Part shown: positions 8,583-19,371 of the stretch, one piece after another
Numbering within the stretch: the stretch's first letter is position 1
Layout: each line of letters begins with the position of its first letter
Assembly: GCA_001824275.1 (NCBI GenBank)
Contig: MHWW01000009.1
Span: forward strand, 1-62,983
DNA: 62,983 nucleotides
Direction of reading: 5' to 3'
Source of the DNA: Candidatus Zambryskibacteria bacterium RIFOXYC1_FULL_39_10
Lineage (GTDB): Bacteria; Patescibacteriota; Minisyncoccia; Phycocordibacterales; WO2-35-19
The notes under the pieces: generated by a model
What the model saw: only the letters and a program-made list of their open reading frames with translations
Told to the model about the DNA's origin: nothing
Database searches by the model: none
Translations under genes and position numbers: made by a program

Positions 8583-10100
8583 CTAAATACCAGTGATCTT
8601 TTCAATTGAGGCCCCAATACTATTTAACCTCTCTACCACATCTTCATATCCACGGTTAATTGAGTAAACATTCCTGAGAATTGACGTGCCTGGGGCAGCT
8701 AGCATAGCAATCAAAATTATCATCGCTGGCCTCAGTGCTGGTGGGCAAACTACTTGAGCTGATTTAAGAGGAGTAGGCCCATTTACAAAAACTCTATGCG
8801 GATCGGCCAATGATATATTGGCCCCCAATCGATTTAGCTCAGTAAAATAAATTGCTCTGTTTTCCCACATCCAATCGTGTATGAGTGTCGTCCCATCTGC
8901 TTGGGTAGCTATTGGCACAAAAAATGGCAGATTATCTGAATTTATTCCTGGATATGGTTGAGCATGGATCTTATCATTTAATGATTTTAGCTTTGACGGG
9001 AAGACTGATATATCAACTAATTTCGTTTTTTCATTTAACGCCAAATACTCTTTTGATAATTTAAATTTAAGCCCCATAACCTTGAGTTTAGTTAATTCTA
9101 GAGCAATGAAATCCATAGGGCATCTCTCAATTTTTAAAGTGGAGCCAGTAACAATGGCGGCACTTAAAAACATCATTGACTCAATTGGGTCCTCGCTATT
9201 GTAATATTCAATTTTTTGATTTATTTCACTAAGTCCATAAATTTTTAAGTTGGTTGTTCCAATTCCTTCTATTTTGACTCCAAGTTTTTGGAGAAAAAAA
9301 CAAACTTCCTGAACTTGATAATTTGGCGGAGCAAAAGATATTTCTGTAGATCCAGGAATTAAAGCGGCCATCATAATAGCGTTTTCTGCCGCTGTATCAC
9401 TGGCTTCATACATTATAATTTTTGCTGGTTTTATTTTTTTGTATGAAATACTGTATTTATCGTTAAGAGTTTTTATTGAAATACCAAAATCGCTAAAGGC
9501 ATATTTGTGGGCAGCGATGGTGCGCTCTCCCATTTTACAACCACCGGCGTGAAGTAATGAGAAACTTTTATATTGGTGAGTGATGGCAGGTATAAGCATC
9601 AAGCTTGACCTGACATTGGCAACAGACGAATGGAGTAGTCCACTTTTTTCAAACTTTTTAGGTGGCGTAATTTCAATAGTCTGCTTTTCTAGCCACTTAG
9701 TCTTAACTCCCAGAGCAGAAAAGATTTCAAGCATTCTATTGACCTCTTCAATTCTTGGAATGCCGTGGAGTGTAGTTGTGTTTTTGTTTAGTAGCGAAGC
9801 ACACAAGAGACCCATAGCTCCATTTTTGGAAGAATTTGTTTTTATACTTCCTTTCAATTTCCTACCGCCATTAATTTTAAAATCAATAGAATCAGATAAT
9901 GAGACAATTTTATGCTCCAAGGCATCACTGATTTTAAGAAGTTCCCCAGCAGTTAGATTTTGCCTGCCGTTCTCCATTCGGGCAACAGCACTTTGAGAGG
10001 TGTTTAAAATCAAAGCTAATTCCCCTTGAGTAAGAGAGCGCTTCTCTCTGAGCTTCTTGATAAAATTGCCTATTGCTTTTTGGTTGTCCACATTATTCAT
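8583..10100 (-). CDS. murA: UDP-N-acetylglucosamine 1-carboxyvinyltransferase with N-terminal XRE HTH
   Basis: TQGELALILNTSQSAVARMENG (XRE), SKNGA, GGCKMGER (catalytic Cys), YPGINSD, RGYE. Confidence 0.9.
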   Translation of the reverse strand: MNNVDNQKAIGNFIKKLREKRSLTQGELALILNTSQSAVARMENGRQNLTAGELLKISDALEHKIVSLSDSIDFKINGGRKLKGSIKTNSSKNGAMGLLCASLLNKNTTTLHGIPRIEEVNRMLEIFSALGVKTKWLEKQTIEITPPKKFEKSGLLHSSVANVRSSLMLIPAITHQYKSFSLLHAGGCKMGERTIAAHKYAFSDFGISIKTLNDKYSISYKKIKPAKIIMYEASDTAAENAIMMAALIPGSTEISFAPPNYQVQEVCFFLQKLGVKIEGIGTTNLKIYGLSEINQKIEYYNSEDPIESMMFLSAAIVTGSTLKIERCPMDFIALELTKLKVMGLKFKLSKEYLALNEKTKLVDISVFPSKLKSLNDKIHAQPYPGINSDNLPFFVPIATQADGTTLIHDWMWENRAIYFTELNRLGANISLADPHRVFVNGPTPLKSAQVVCPPALRPAMIILIAMLAAPGTSILRNVYSINRGYEDVVERLNSIGASIEKITGI

Positions 10101-10109
10101 ATAGATACA

Positions 10110-10129
10110 ATATATCATATATGGTATAT
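10110..10129. promoter_or_regulatory. 20-bp near-perfect palindrome between divergent murA and murB
   Basis: ATATATCATATATGGTATAT with one mismatched pair; fills most of the 30-bp gap. Confidence 0.45.
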
Positions 10130-10130
10130 A

Positions 10131-11129
10131 ATGAAAAATATGATTGTGGATAAAAATGCTCGCATTACTAATTCCCTTTCCCTACCTTCAACGGCCAGTT
10201 TTGTTATAAACTGCAAATCAAGAAAGGGTGTGATAGATGCAAATAATTTTGCCAAAAAAGAGGGCTTGCCACTCATCGCTCTTGGAGGAGGGACAAATAT
10301 AATTCCAAACAATCGTATAAATGGAGTGGTCCTCATTCTAGATTTTGATACTCTAAAAATTGAAAATGAAACAGTCATAGCCGAGGCGGGAAATGAGTGG
10401 GACAGTATTGTTCAATTTGCAGTGAGCAATCACCTTTCCGGGATTGAGGCTCTCTCATGGATTCCAGGCAGAGCAGGAGCCGCCCCTGTGCAAAATATCG
10501 GAGCTTACGGCAGAGAAATATCAAATGTAATAGAGGAAGTTGAGGCTTATGATAGAGAGAATGAAGAGTTTGTAATGCTTTCAAACAAAGAGTGTCAATT
10601 TAGTTACAGAAATAGTATTTTCAAAGAATATCCAAACAAATTTATAATTGTCTCAATGACACTAAAACTATCAAAAGAAAAACCCAAAATACCCACATAT
10701 AAAGATATAGAAAATTATTTTAGCGAAAGAGGAAACGATGAGCCTAGTTTAAGAGAAATTAGAGAAGCAATAATAAAGGTAAGAAAAGGTAAGTTGCCAG
10801 ATCCAGAGATAATTCCAAATGTTGGTTCATATTTTACAAATCCAGTTTTAGAAAATGAAGAAGCATTAAGCCTTAAAAACAATTTCCCTGATTTGCCGAT
10901 ATTCCCTTTTGAAGACAAATCAAAAATTCCTGCCGCCTGGCTTATAGAGCAAGCTGGGTTAAAAGGTAAAAAAATTGGAAAAGTGGAAATATATTCAAAA
11001 AACGCCTTAATTTTGATTAACCCCAACCAAGCTAATTTTGCTGATATTATGGAGGCAGAAAAATTTATTCAAAATAAAGTGTTCCAGAAATTTAATATTT
11101 TACTTAAAAGAGAACCTGTAATAATTTAG
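10131..11129 (+). CDS. murB: UDP-N-acetylmuramate dehydrogenase
   Basis: LGGGTN, GIEALSWIPGRAGAAPVQNIGAYG, FSYRNSIFK, NVGSYFTNP. Confidence 0.93.
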   Translation: MKNMIVDKNARITNSLSLPSTASFVINCKSRKGVIDANNFAKKEGLPLIALGGGTNIIPNNRINGVVLILDFDTLKIENETVIAEAGNEWDSIVQFAVSNHLSGIEALSWIPGRAGAAPVQNIGAYGREISNVIEEVEAYDRENEEFVMLSNKECQFSYRNSIFKEYPNKFIIVSMTLKLSKEKPKIPTYKDIENYFSERGNDEPSLREIREAIIKVRKGKLPDPEIIPNVGSYFTNPVLENEEALSLKNNFPDLPIFPFEDKSKIPAAWLIEQAGLKGKKIGKVEIYSKNALILINPNQANFADIMEAEKFIQNKVFQKFNILLKREPVII

Positions 11130-11155
11130 TAATTCTGTATTGACACTAAAATAAA

Positions 11156-11180
11156 TCGCCGGGGGTTACCCACCCGGCGA
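11156..11180. terminator. Terminator-like hairpin between murB and the small ORF pair
   Basis: TCGCCGGG/CCCGGCGA stem. Confidence 0.55.
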
Positions 11181-11207
11181 AATGATTGAGAGTAGTTTTT
11201 CTACACC

Positions 11208-11513
11208 TCAATAAACCTTAACAACGAACTGTCGTACATGACCGACACTCAACGAAGGGTCAACGGTCGAGCCAAAATGAATGTCATTTTTGCCCGGGTT
11301 ATCGGGGTCAATCGGATCTCTTGGATCAACAAGAACCACATGATTGCCAATTCTTATCCGAACCTTGAGAAGGCCGTACCGGCGATATCTTATGTCCTGC
11401 CACTCTCTGTCAGCAGGATGCCCGCTAAATCTTGAGTCATCAGGTGATCTAAAAACCACCAAGGAACCCTCCTTGATTTCAGGACTCTCTAGGAGAGTAT
11501 CTGTTTCAGGCAT
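11208..11513 (-). CDS. Hypothetical protein
   Basis: 101 aa; ATG overlaps the stop of the upstream ORF (ATGCCTGA). Confidence 0.5.
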   Translation of the reverse strand: MPETDTLLESPEIKEGSLVVFRSPDDSRFSGHPADREWQDIRYRRYGLLKVRIRIGNHVVLVDPRDPIDPDNPGKNDIHFGSTVDPSLSVGHVRQFVVKVY

Positions 11514-11697
11514 TTGAATCTCCTTTCGTATGTTCGTTCCCCTCTTCGCTCATTTCCTTCTTTGGAGTCTCGGCTAAGAGACTAAACAAAAGAGCAGTAA
11601 CAAAAAGAAAAACGATTAAACCACCCATGAGTTTTCCCTCATACCCACAGGCTTTCATGCTGAGCAATTTTTGCAGTAACTCTTGCATAAACCCCAT
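11506..11697 (-). CDS. Small hypothetical membrane protein
   Basis: One hydrophobic segment GGLIVFLFVTALLFSLL; coupled to 11208-11513. Confidence 0.45.
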   Translation of the reverse strand: MGFMQELLQKLLSMKACGYEGKLMGGLIVFLFVTALLFSLLAETPKKEMSEEGNEHTKGDSNA

Positions 11698-11812
11698 TTC
11701 TATATACATACTACAATAAACAAACTCTAATGCAAAATCGTACACCCAGAATGAAATTTGAGTATTGTTAAAAATTGAAAATATGTTAGAATGCTATACG
11801 AATGGAATTAAC

Positions 11813-11895
11813 GCGTCGGTGGTAGAGTGGTCAATTACAACAGACTGTAAATCTGTCGGCTTCGGCCTACGGAGGTTCGAATCCTCCCCGGCGCA
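11813..11895 (+). tRNA. tRNA-Tyr(GTA)
   Basis: GCGTCGG/CCGGCGC, ACAGA-CTGTAAA-TCTGT, long variable arm, TTCGAAT. Confidence 0.94.
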
Positions 11896-12069
11896 CAAAA
11901 AGAAAAACCCTGAAAAGGGCTTTTTTCTTTTTGTGCGCCGAGCAAGCAAACTGCTTTGCTTGCGTGGGAGGATGAGAAAAGGTTCTCCCATATTTTTGAG
12001 AATTTTATTCGAAAAAATGGGAAACCTGTACTGACCCTGTAAGGGTCGAAATTCCTCCCCGGCGCACAA
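11896..12069 (+). repeat. Structured tRNA-trailer element (copy after tRNA-Tyr)
   Basis: Antisense of the tRNA 3' end (11931-11940), AAA-CTGC-TTT hairpin (11942-11963), ends in a duplicate of the tRNA 3' end (CCTCCCCGGCGCACAA). Confidence 0.75.
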
Positions 12070-12072
12070 TTT

Positions 12073-14766
12073 TTAAGAAACCGTTTCAGAGGAAATAGCA
12101 TCGAGGATTGAAGCTTCGATGATAGAGCCCCGACGGCCTTTTTTGATTTCAAAAGCTAGTTCGCCTGCTTTGACAGTAATATAAACAACACCACCCTTTA
12201 AAATACTTTTAGAAATAATCATAGAGGCAATAGGATTTAATATTTTATTTTGAATAACCCTTTTTAGTGGTCTAGCACCGTATTGCGGATTGTATCCCTC
12301 CTTGGCTAAATATTCGAAAGCCTCATCACTAAGTTCAAGTGAAATTTCTTTTATAACTAATCTTTCTCGAACCAAATCAATTTGGATTTTAACAATCTCT
12401 CTAATCGCCTCGAGTGGCAAAACATCGAAGATGACAATATCATCAACACGGTTTAAAAATTCTGGGCGGAAGAAGTCTTTCATTGCCTCCATTACTTTTT
12501 CTTTTATATCAGTGTAAGCGCCACCTTTTTGTTCTCTATCACCAAATCCCATCTTTTCCATCTTATCTATATAGTTTGCTCCAATGTTTGAGGTCATCAC
12601 AATGATTGTGTTTTTGAAGTTTACGGTGCGCCCTTTTGAGTCAGTCAGTCGCCCATTGTCCAAAACTTGTAGGAGCACATTGAAAACTTCAGGGTGAGCC
12701 TTTTCAATTTCATCAAAAAGTACGATGGAGTACGGTCGGTGACGCACCATTTCGGTAAGTCCCCCGCCTTCATCAAAACCAACATAACCAGGGGGAGAGC
12801 CTATGAGTTTAGAGACTGAATGCTTTTCCATAAATTCGGACATATCAACCCTGATCAATGCCTTATCGTCATTGAACATAAATTCAGCCAAAGCTTTGGT
12901 AAGTTCGGTTTTACCAACTCCGGTAGGCCCCAAGAAAATGAAAGAGCCGATTGGTTTGTTTGGGTCAGAAATGCCGGCGCGAGAACGCTTGATGGTGTCT
13001 GAAATTTTTTGCACCGCTTCATCTTGACCGACAATCCTTTTTTTCAATTCGTCTTCCATACGACCGAGCTTTTCGGCCTCTTCTTCAAGCATTCGAGAAA
13101 CTGGGATGCCGGTCCATTTGGCGACAATATTGGCAATATCATTTTCGGTAATTTCTTCAGTCAAAATACGCCTTGAGCTTTGCAATTTTTTGAGTTTTTT
13201 GACATTGCTGTCAAGCTCTTTCTCAAGAGTAGGGATAACGCCATATCGCACTTCAGCGGCTCGTCCAAGATCTGCTTGCACTTCGGCAGCTTCCGCTTCT
13301 TGACGCGATCCTTCTAATTCCTTTTTTATTCTTTTGATTTCGCCCACTACCTCTTTTTCGTTTTTCCATTTCAAATCAATCTCTGAAGTTTTTTCTTTCA
13401 AATCAGCAATTTCTTTTTCAATATCTAGCAAACGAGTTTTTAGTTTTGTATTTTTGCCGTTCACCTCTTTTTTGAGCGCCTCCCTTTCAATTTCCAATTT
13501 CATTATTTTGGAATTGGTCTCTTGCAAAATTACTGGCATATTTTCCAAAGAAATTTTGAGGTGACTTGCCGCTTCATCAATGAGGTCAACGGCCTTGTCA
13601 GGCAAAAATCTATCAGCAATATAGCGTGCCGAAAGATTGACCGAAGCTTTGATGGCATCGTCAGTAATATGGACGCCGTGATAAAGCTCATACTTTTCCT
13701 TCAATCCACGAAGGATGGTGATGGCATCATCAAGTGAAGGTTCGTTGACAAAAACCGGCTGGAATCTGCGAGTAAGCGCTGGGTCCTTTTCAATATATTT
13801 TTGATACTCTTTGATGGTAGTTGCGCCTATTGCTCTGAGTTCGCCTCGTGCAAGCGGAGGCTTAAGCATATTGGAAGCATCGAGTGACCCTTCGGCCGAA
13901 CCTGCGCCAACCAATGTATGAATCTCGTCAATAAAGAGAATTATTTTGCCATCTGACTTTTCAATTTCTTTAATTATATTTTTGAGTCTTTCTTCAAATT
14001 CTCCACGATATTTGGTACCAGCCACCAAAAGCCCCAAATCAAGAGAAACGATTTCCTTGTCTTTCAAAGATTCGGGTGCATTGCCCGAAATCATCCTGAT
14101 AGCGAGACCTTCAGCGATAGCAGTTTTACCCACACCCGCTTCTCCAATAAGAATAGGATTGTTTTTAGTGCGTCTGGAAAGTATTTGAATGATACGAGAA
14201 ATTTCTTCATCTCTTCCGATGACAGGGTCAAGTTTATTTTCGCGAGCAAGTTTGGTAAGTGAGCGAGTAAATTTAATTAAATTTTTATTTTTATGTGCAC
14301 CTTTATTGTCAGTCATGCGACCTTGTTTTATCTCTTGAATTAGAAACAGAACTTTTTCTTTATCAATTTTAAATCGAGCCAAAATGTCTCTGGCCTGACT
14401 TGGTACGTCTAGACATGCCAAAAACAAATGTTCGGTAGATACAAATTCATCGCTCATTCCTGCTGCCACCTTGGCTGATTGTTCAATCACGTGAGCGAGC
14501 TCAGGAGTGAGGAAAATTTGATAAGAAGGTGAGACAGTATTACTACCAACTCCGCCCTCCATGGCCTCAAAAAGCGAGTCGGTGAGGAGGATGGTATCAA
14601 CCTCCATTTTGTCTAAAATCGAAGCGACAATACTCTCTTCCTGAAGAATCAGAGCTGACAATAGGTGAAGCGGGCCAACATGATTTTGACCACGTTCAAT
14701 AACCAGCTCATGAGCTTTCCTGATCACCTCTTTGGCTTTGGTTGTAAAATTATTAAATGGCGTCAT
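12073..14766 (-). CDS. clpB: ATP-dependent chaperone ClpB
   Basis: [19 protein letters not shown], long coiled-coil middle domain, [23 protein letters not shown]. Confidence 0.92.
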   Translation of the reverse strand: MTPFNNFTTKAKEVIRKAHELVIERGQNHVGPLHLLSALILQEESIVASILDKMEVDTILLTDSLFEAMEGGVGSNTVSPSYQIFLTPELAHVIEQSAKVAAGMSDEFVSTEHLFLACLDVPSQARDILARFKIDKEKVLFLIQEIKQGRMTDNKGAHKNKNLIKFTRSLTKLARENKLDPVIGRDEEISRIIQILSRRTKNNPILIGEAGVGKTAIAEGLAIRMISGNAPESLKDKEIVSLDLGLLVAGTKYRGEFEERLKNIIKEIEKSDGKIILFIDEIHTLVGAGSAEGSLDASNMLKPPLARGELRAIGATTIKEYQKYIEKDPALTRRFQPVFVNEPSLDDAITILRGLKEKYELYHGVHITDDAIKASVNLSARYIADRFLPDKAVDLIDEAASHLKISLENMPVILQETNSKIMKLEIEREALKKEVNGKNTKLKTRLLDIEKEIADLKEKTSEIDLKWKNEKEVVGEIKRIKKELEGSRQEAEAAEVQADLGRAAEVRYGVIPTLEKELDSNVKKLKKLQSSRRILTEEITENDIANIVAKWTGIPVSRMLEEEAEKLGRMEDELKKRIVGQDEAVQKISDTIKRSRAGISDPNKPIGSFIFLGPTGVGKTELTKALAEFMFNDDKALIRVDMSEFMEKHSVSKLIGSPPGYVGFDEGGGLTEMVRHRPYSIVLFDEIEKAHPEVFNVLLQVLDNGRLTDSKGRTVNFKNTIIVMTSNIGANYIDKMEKMGFGDREQKGGAYTDIKEKVMEAMKDFFRPEFLNRVDDIVIFDVLPLEAIREIVKIQIDLVRERLVIKEISLELSDEAFEYLAKEGYNPQYGARPLKRVIQNKILNPIASMIISKSILKGGVVYITVKAGELAFEIKKGRRGSIIEASILDAISSETVS

Positions 14767-14843
14767 ATGGCACTATTATAGCAGAATTTCACTCAAAATC
14801 AAAACAAAATTCGACCCCACCCCGTCCCGCTAAAGCGAGACTG

Positions 14844-14868
14844 CCCCTCACCTTGCGAAGGTGAGGGG
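14844..14868. repeat. Palindrome related to the miniature-element family
   Basis: CCCCTCACCTTGCGAAGGTGAGGGG perfect hairpin. Confidence 0.6.
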
Positions 14869-14884
14869 GAAAATAAAATAAAAA

Positions 14885-15186
14885 AGAAAGACCGCGTCCT
14901 CGGAGAGGCGCGGTCTGGGGGTGGGATTTGTCAGAGCGTTCTAGTTTTTCGCTCTCAAGCCTATGGTGGCGTCCCCTGGTTTTGGAAAAAAATGAGAGTT
15001 CGGACTCTCCTTGAAGCATGTGGCTACTAGAGGAGCCACACACCCACAGGATTTTCACCTGTTACGGATTAAGTTAAAGAGCTGTTTGCTGGGGATAAAT
15101 TCAAGTCCACACCCCAGCTTGTGGACAATTAGTATAACAGTAATAGTGTTCTGATTTAAGTATAGCATAACCACAAACTTTGTCAA
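14885..15186 (-). other. Promoter- and terminator-bounded structured region without a convincing ORF (candidate sRNA)
   Basis: TTGACA(15186-15181)-N16-TATACT(15164-15159) with TG; terminator stem 14889-14916 plus T-run on the minus strand; internal hairpins. Confidence 0.4.
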
Positions 15187-15273
15187 GCAAAATTGCATTT
15201 TGTAAAGGCAAATTACAAAAAATGGCTCTGTTGAGCCATTTTTTGAATACTGATTATTTTTTGAAAACCTAAA

Positions 15274-16092
15274 TCACTTTACCAATTCTTCGAGAGCTTT
15301 GGGAACAGCTGATTTTATGAGATTTGAAGGAATGTAAGAATATTCAGTGTCAGTATCAATTAGCGCCGCCTCAAGACCAATCACCTCTCCCGAAAGATTG
15401 AGAGCAGGACTGCCCAAATGAGCTTTGGAAACTTTTATATCGGAATAAATAACTGAGACTGAAACTTTGTCTTCACCATATTTAAGCTGATATACTCTGC
15501 CAATTGACGCCGCATTGGAATCTCGGCCACTTATTGCTACGAGAGTCTGCCCTATCTTCACCCCATCTGAATTACCAAATACTGCGGGGTAGAAAACTGG
15601 CTTAGGATTTTCAGTTTTAGGAAAATCGGTTTTTATAAATATCAAACCATTTTCTTTATCTACAAAAGTTTTTCCAGAAGAATAAATTCGGCCATCAGAA
15701 AAAGAAATTTTAAAAGAAGAAGCTGCACTATAAGTTCGGAGGTCAGCAACCACAGTACCATCAGCTGAGACCACTAACCCTAACCCTGCAAAAATTTCTG
15801 AGCCGTCACTGCCAATAGTTTTAAGCCTTACTATAGACTTTTCATTCTTGGCGATTGATTCAAGCACCCGATCTTCTTCGTTTACAACCACCGTGGTAGT
15901 GATTCTCTCTGGCTCACCAGGCTCAGTCACTACTCGTTCAATAGTTTTTTCTACTACTCGATTTATTTGCTGAGTCACCTCTACCGGCGCTTCAGAAAGT
16001 AAAGTAAAAGTAATAATGCCGGTGGCAATCGATGTCACAAAAGTGATGAGCAAAACCAGAAGTATGAGTTGATGTTTTGATAGATCTTCCAT
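15274..16092 (-). CDS. Membrane-anchored trypsin-like (HtrA-type) domain protein, probably catalytically inactive
   Basis: N-terminal TM helix; GSPALNLSGEVIGL without the GNSGG Ser motif; no His motif. Confidence 0.65.
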   Translation of the reverse strand: MEDLSKHQLILLVLLITFVTSIATGIITFTLLSEAPVEVTQQINRVVEKTIERVVTEPGEPERITTTVVVNEEDRVLESIAKNEKSIVRLKTIGSDGSEIFAGLGLVVSADGTVVADLRTYSAASSFKISFSDGRIYSSGKTFVDKENGLIFIKTDFPKTENPKPVFYPAVFGNSDGVKIGQTLVAISGRDSNAASIGRVYQLKYGEDKVSVSVIYSDIKVSKAHLGSPALNLSGEVIGLEAALIDTDTEYSYIPSNLIKSAVPKALEELVK

Positions 16093-16128
16093 TAATTATA
16101 TTTTACTAAAATTAAAAATAAAAAACAA

Positions 16129-17361
16129 TCATCGGTGGACAATTTTTTTAAGAGCAGAAATGAATTTATCTAGGTCAGATTTTTTGGTAGAGCGACCAAG
16201 AGTGATGCGCAGGGATGACGAACCACAATTTTTATTACCCAAACTTTCAATAACATAGGAACCATTTTCCAATGAAAGTGTGTGGCAGGCTGAAGCGGCC
16301 GAAACAGCGAAACCAAGTGTGTCTAGCTTAATAACTAAAAATTCTGAGTCTAATTTATTAGACTCATCCCGCGAAGCTTTAGCGAAGTGGGAAAGGCAAA
16401 TATTAATATTATTTGGAAGGCGATTTTCCAAACCACCATTTAGAGACAGCTGGGAAATTTCCCCGCCCGCAACGCTCTCGCTTGCGAGGCGGGCGGGTTT
16501 TAAAATTTTGGCAATAGCATAATCACGCAATTTTGTTAAACGAGCTGACTCCTTCTCTCTCATCTCAGTTGCAATTTCCAAAGCTTTGGCAAGCCCCACT
16601 GCCCCTGGCACATTTTCGGTGCCAGATCTTAAACCCCCTTCTTGCCCACCACCGAAAACAATTGATTCAATAGGAACTGAGTGTCTGACTGCCAAGATCC
16701 CCACCCCTCTCGGCCCATACATTTTAATACCGTCAAGAACCAATAGATCCGCTCCCAAACTTTCTAAAGAAATATTTTCATAGAGGACACTTTGACAGGC
16801 ATCTACCAGCAGGTATGCCCTGCTGGAATTTTCAATTTTCAATTTAAAATTTTCAATTACTTCTTTAATTTTCCGGATCGGCTGGATGGTACCAATTTCG
16901 TTGTTCCCATGTTGGATGACAACCAAAACTGTATTTTCTTTTATTTCTTTTTTTATTGATTCTGGACTGATCAAGCCCTTTTCGTTTGGCGAAATAAACG
17001 AGACTTCAACTTCTTTATTTTTTAGCAAATGTTTAATGGGTTCTAGTACTGCCGGATGTTCAATGGTTGAAGTTATAATGTGAGGAATTTTGGAATTACT
17101 TTTTTTGTATTTAAAAACTACTCCAAAAATTGCCAGATTCAATGATTCGGTGCCACCACTGGTAAAAAATATTTCATTTGCTTTGCAATGCAAAATCCGA
17201 GCAATTTTAATTCTCGCCTCTTCTAAAACTCTTTTTGCTATTTCTCCTTCTTGATGCAAAGAAGATGGGTTGGCCCAAAATTTTTGAGCTTTTTCCATCT
17301 CTTGTGCGACTTTCTTATCAATCGGAGTAATAGCGGCATAATCCAAAAACACCCTTGACAT
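16129..17361 (-). CDS. Cysteine desulfurase (IscS/NifS family)
   Basis: FLDYAAIT, FTSGGTES, EHPAV, NNEIGTIQ, KMYGPRG (PLP Lys), SAASAC (catalytic Cys). Confidence 0.88.
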   Translation of the reverse strand: MSRVFLDYAAITPIDKKVAQEMEKAQKFWANPSSLHQEGEIAKRVLEEARIKIARILHCKANEIFFTSGGTESLNLAIFGVVFKYKKSNSKIPHIITSTIEHPAVLEPIKHLLKNKEVEVSFISPNEKGLISPESIKKEIKENTVLVVIQHGNNEIGTIQPIRKIKEVIENFKLKIENSSRAYLLVDACQSVLYENISLESLGADLLVLDGIKMYGPRGVGILAVRHSVPIESIVFGGGQEGGLRSGTENVPGAVGLAKALEIATEMREKESARLTKLRDYAIAKILKPARLASESVAGGEISQLSLNGGLENRLPNNINICLSHFAKASRDESNKLDSEFLVIKLDTLGFAVSAASACHTLSLENGSYVIESLGNKNCGSSSLRITLGRSTKKSDLDKFISALKKIVHR

Positions 17362-17389
17362 ACTTGGATAATACCATATTTAGTGTATA

Positions 17390-17884
17390 ATGTTCCATAT
17401 GTTTATAGATTGGAACTTAGTTGTTTTTTTGTTGCCTTTTATTGGCCTTTTGATTTCGCTTGTAGCTCTCGGCTTTGCTATTGCAATGCATATGAGAGTG
17501 ACAAAGATATTTAGGAGCGCCAACTCTGCTGATATTGAAAAGCTTCTTAAACTTCATTCTAAAACTTTAGAGGACTTCGTCAGGTTTGAGGCCCAATCAA
17601 CTTTATATATGAAGTCCCTTGATGAAAGGATAAAGAAAAAAATGATGAGCGCAGAGACACTCCGGTTCAACCCATTTCAAGGTGAGGGCGCAGGTGGCAA
17701 TCAAAGTTTTTCATCAGTCTTTGCCGATGAAGAAGGTACTGGAGTCGTCATAACCTCTATGCACACACGAGAGAGAACAAATGTTTTTGCTAAACCCTTG
17801 AAAAATTGGCAAAGTGAGTTTGAACTTACCGAAGAAGAAAAAACATCAATAAAAAATTCAAAACTAAATGGAGCAAAAAAATAA
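17390..17884 (+). CDS. DUF4446-family protein
   Basis: N-terminal TM helix; RFNPF..GGNQSFS, GVVITSMHTRE..VFAKP. Confidence 0.75.
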   Translation: MFHMFIDWNLVVFLLPFIGLLISLVALGFAIAMHMRVTKIFRSANSADIEKLLKLHSKTLEDFVRFEAQSTLYMKSLDERIKKKMMSAETLRFNPFQGEGAGGNQSFSSVFADEEGTGVVITSMHTRERTNVFAKPLKNWQSEFELTEEEKTSIKNSKLNGAKK

Positions 17885-19364
17885 AAACATAACAGTCAGG
17901 CCGCCAGTCGTTGTCGTCGTGGGTCATATCGACCACGGCAAATCTACTCTGCTTGATTACATTAGGAAAACCACAACTACCGAAAAAGAGGCGGGTGGCA
18001 TCACTCAGCACATTTCAGCTTATGAGACCGAACTTGAAATCAGCGGTCAAAAGAGAAAAATGACATTTTTGGATACTCCAGGTCACGAAGCATTTTGTTC
18101 AATAAGAGAGCGCGGAACTAGAATAGCCGACATCGCAGTTTTGGTAGTTTCAGCCGAAGACGGAGTCAAGCCACAGACAGTTGAGGCCCTGAATTGTATC
18201 ACCAACGACTCTGTCCCCTACATCGTAGCACTAAACAAAATTGATAGACCAAACGCTGATATCAATCGGGTCAAACAAGACCTTGCAGAAAATGGAGTAC
18301 TGGTTGAAGGTTGGGGCGGAAGTGTGCCAATCGTGCCCCTTTCAGCAAAAAACGGCGAAGGTGTGCCTGAACTTTTGGAAATAATTGCTTTGCAGTCCGA
18401 TCTTGAAGAATTAACTGGTGATCCATCGGTGACCGCCGAAGGTTTTGTAGTTGAAAGCAACCTCAACCCCAAACAAGGTATTGCCGCGACTTTAATTATA
18501 AAAAATGGGGTAATGAAAACAGGCACATTTATCGCTAGCGCTGGCGCTTATGCCCCTATCCGCGCAATCTTAAATTACAAAGGAGAAAATTTGAAAGAAG
18601 CTAGCTTCTCAAGTCCGGTTAAAATAGTGGGTTGGAACACCACTCCAATGGTTGGCCAAGAATTTAAAACTTTCGTAAAAAAGGAAGATGCGATAGCGTT
18701 TGCAGGTGAAAACAAAAATACCCAGACTGATACGACTCATGAGGCCGCATCAGAAGGGCAAGCTCGATTAGAAATTGTTTTAAAGGCTGACACTCTCGGC
18801 TCGTTAGATGCGGTAGAGCACGAGCTCAAAAAACTCTGTAATGAAAAAATAGCTGTGAGAATTATATCAAAAGGTATTGGTTCAATTTCAGAAAAAGATA
18901 TCAAAACAGCAAATATAAAAAGTAGTTTGATTTTAGGATTTAATGTGGACAGTGACAAAATCGCAGAAATGCTTGCATTGAGAGATGGCGCCAATGTCAA
19001 AACATTTAAAATAATCTACGAGCTTGTTGATTATATAAAAGAAAAAGTTAAAGAGGCCACACCGGTTGAAACAATTGAGACAGTCACCGGCTCGGCCAAA
19101 ATACTGCGAGTATTTAGTAAAAATAAAGACAAACAAGTAGCGGGCGGCCACATAGAAGATGGCGAAATAAAATCAGGTAGTTTGATTAAAATTTACCGCC
19201 GAGAGGCAGAAATTGGTGAGGGCAAAATAAAAGAACTTCAGGCTCAAAAAGTTAAGACCGCCATAGTCAAAGATAAGCAGGAATTTGGTATGTTTTTAGA
19301 ATCAAAAATAGAATTAACTGAGGGGGATGTCATAAAGGCGACATCATTAATTAGACAAGAATAA
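17868..19364 (+). CDS. infB: Translation initiation factor IF-2 (short, no N-terminal domain)
   Basis: RPPVVVVVGHIDHGKSTLLD, GGITQHI, FLDTPGHEAF, LNKID. Confidence 0.93.
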   Translation: MEQKNKNITVRPPVVVVVGHIDHGKSTLLDYIRKTTTTEKEAGGITQHISAYETELEISGQKRKMTFLDTPGHEAFCSIRERGTRIADIAVLVVSAEDGVKPQTVEALNCITNDSVPYIVALNKIDRPNADINRVKQDLAENGVLVEGWGGSVPIVPLSAKNGEGVPELLEIIALQSDLEELTGDPSVTAEGFVVESNLNPKQGIAATLIIKNGVMKTGTFIASAGAYAPIRAILNYKGENLKEASFSSPVKIVGWNTTPMVGQEFKTFVKKEDAIAFAGENKNTQTDTTHEAASEGQARLEIVLKADTLGSLDAVEHELKKLCNEKIAVRIISKGIGSISEKDIKTANIKSSLILGFNVDSDKIAEMLALRDGANVKTFKIIYELVDYIKEKVKEATPVETIETVTGSAKILRVFSKNKDKQVAGGHIEDGEIKSGSLIKIYRREAEIGEGKIKELQAQKVKTAIVKDKQEFGMFLESKIELTEGDVIKATSLIRQE

Positions 19365-19371
19365 CTTATCA

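Noticed and set aside
11765-12152. ORFs 11765-12034, 11794-12069 and 11835-12152
   Set aside because: They overlap tRNA-Tyr and its palindromic trailer; shadow ORFs.
14789-15058. 89-aa ORF upstream of clpB
   Set aside because: It runs through a terminator and palindromic repeats and has no protein-like motif.
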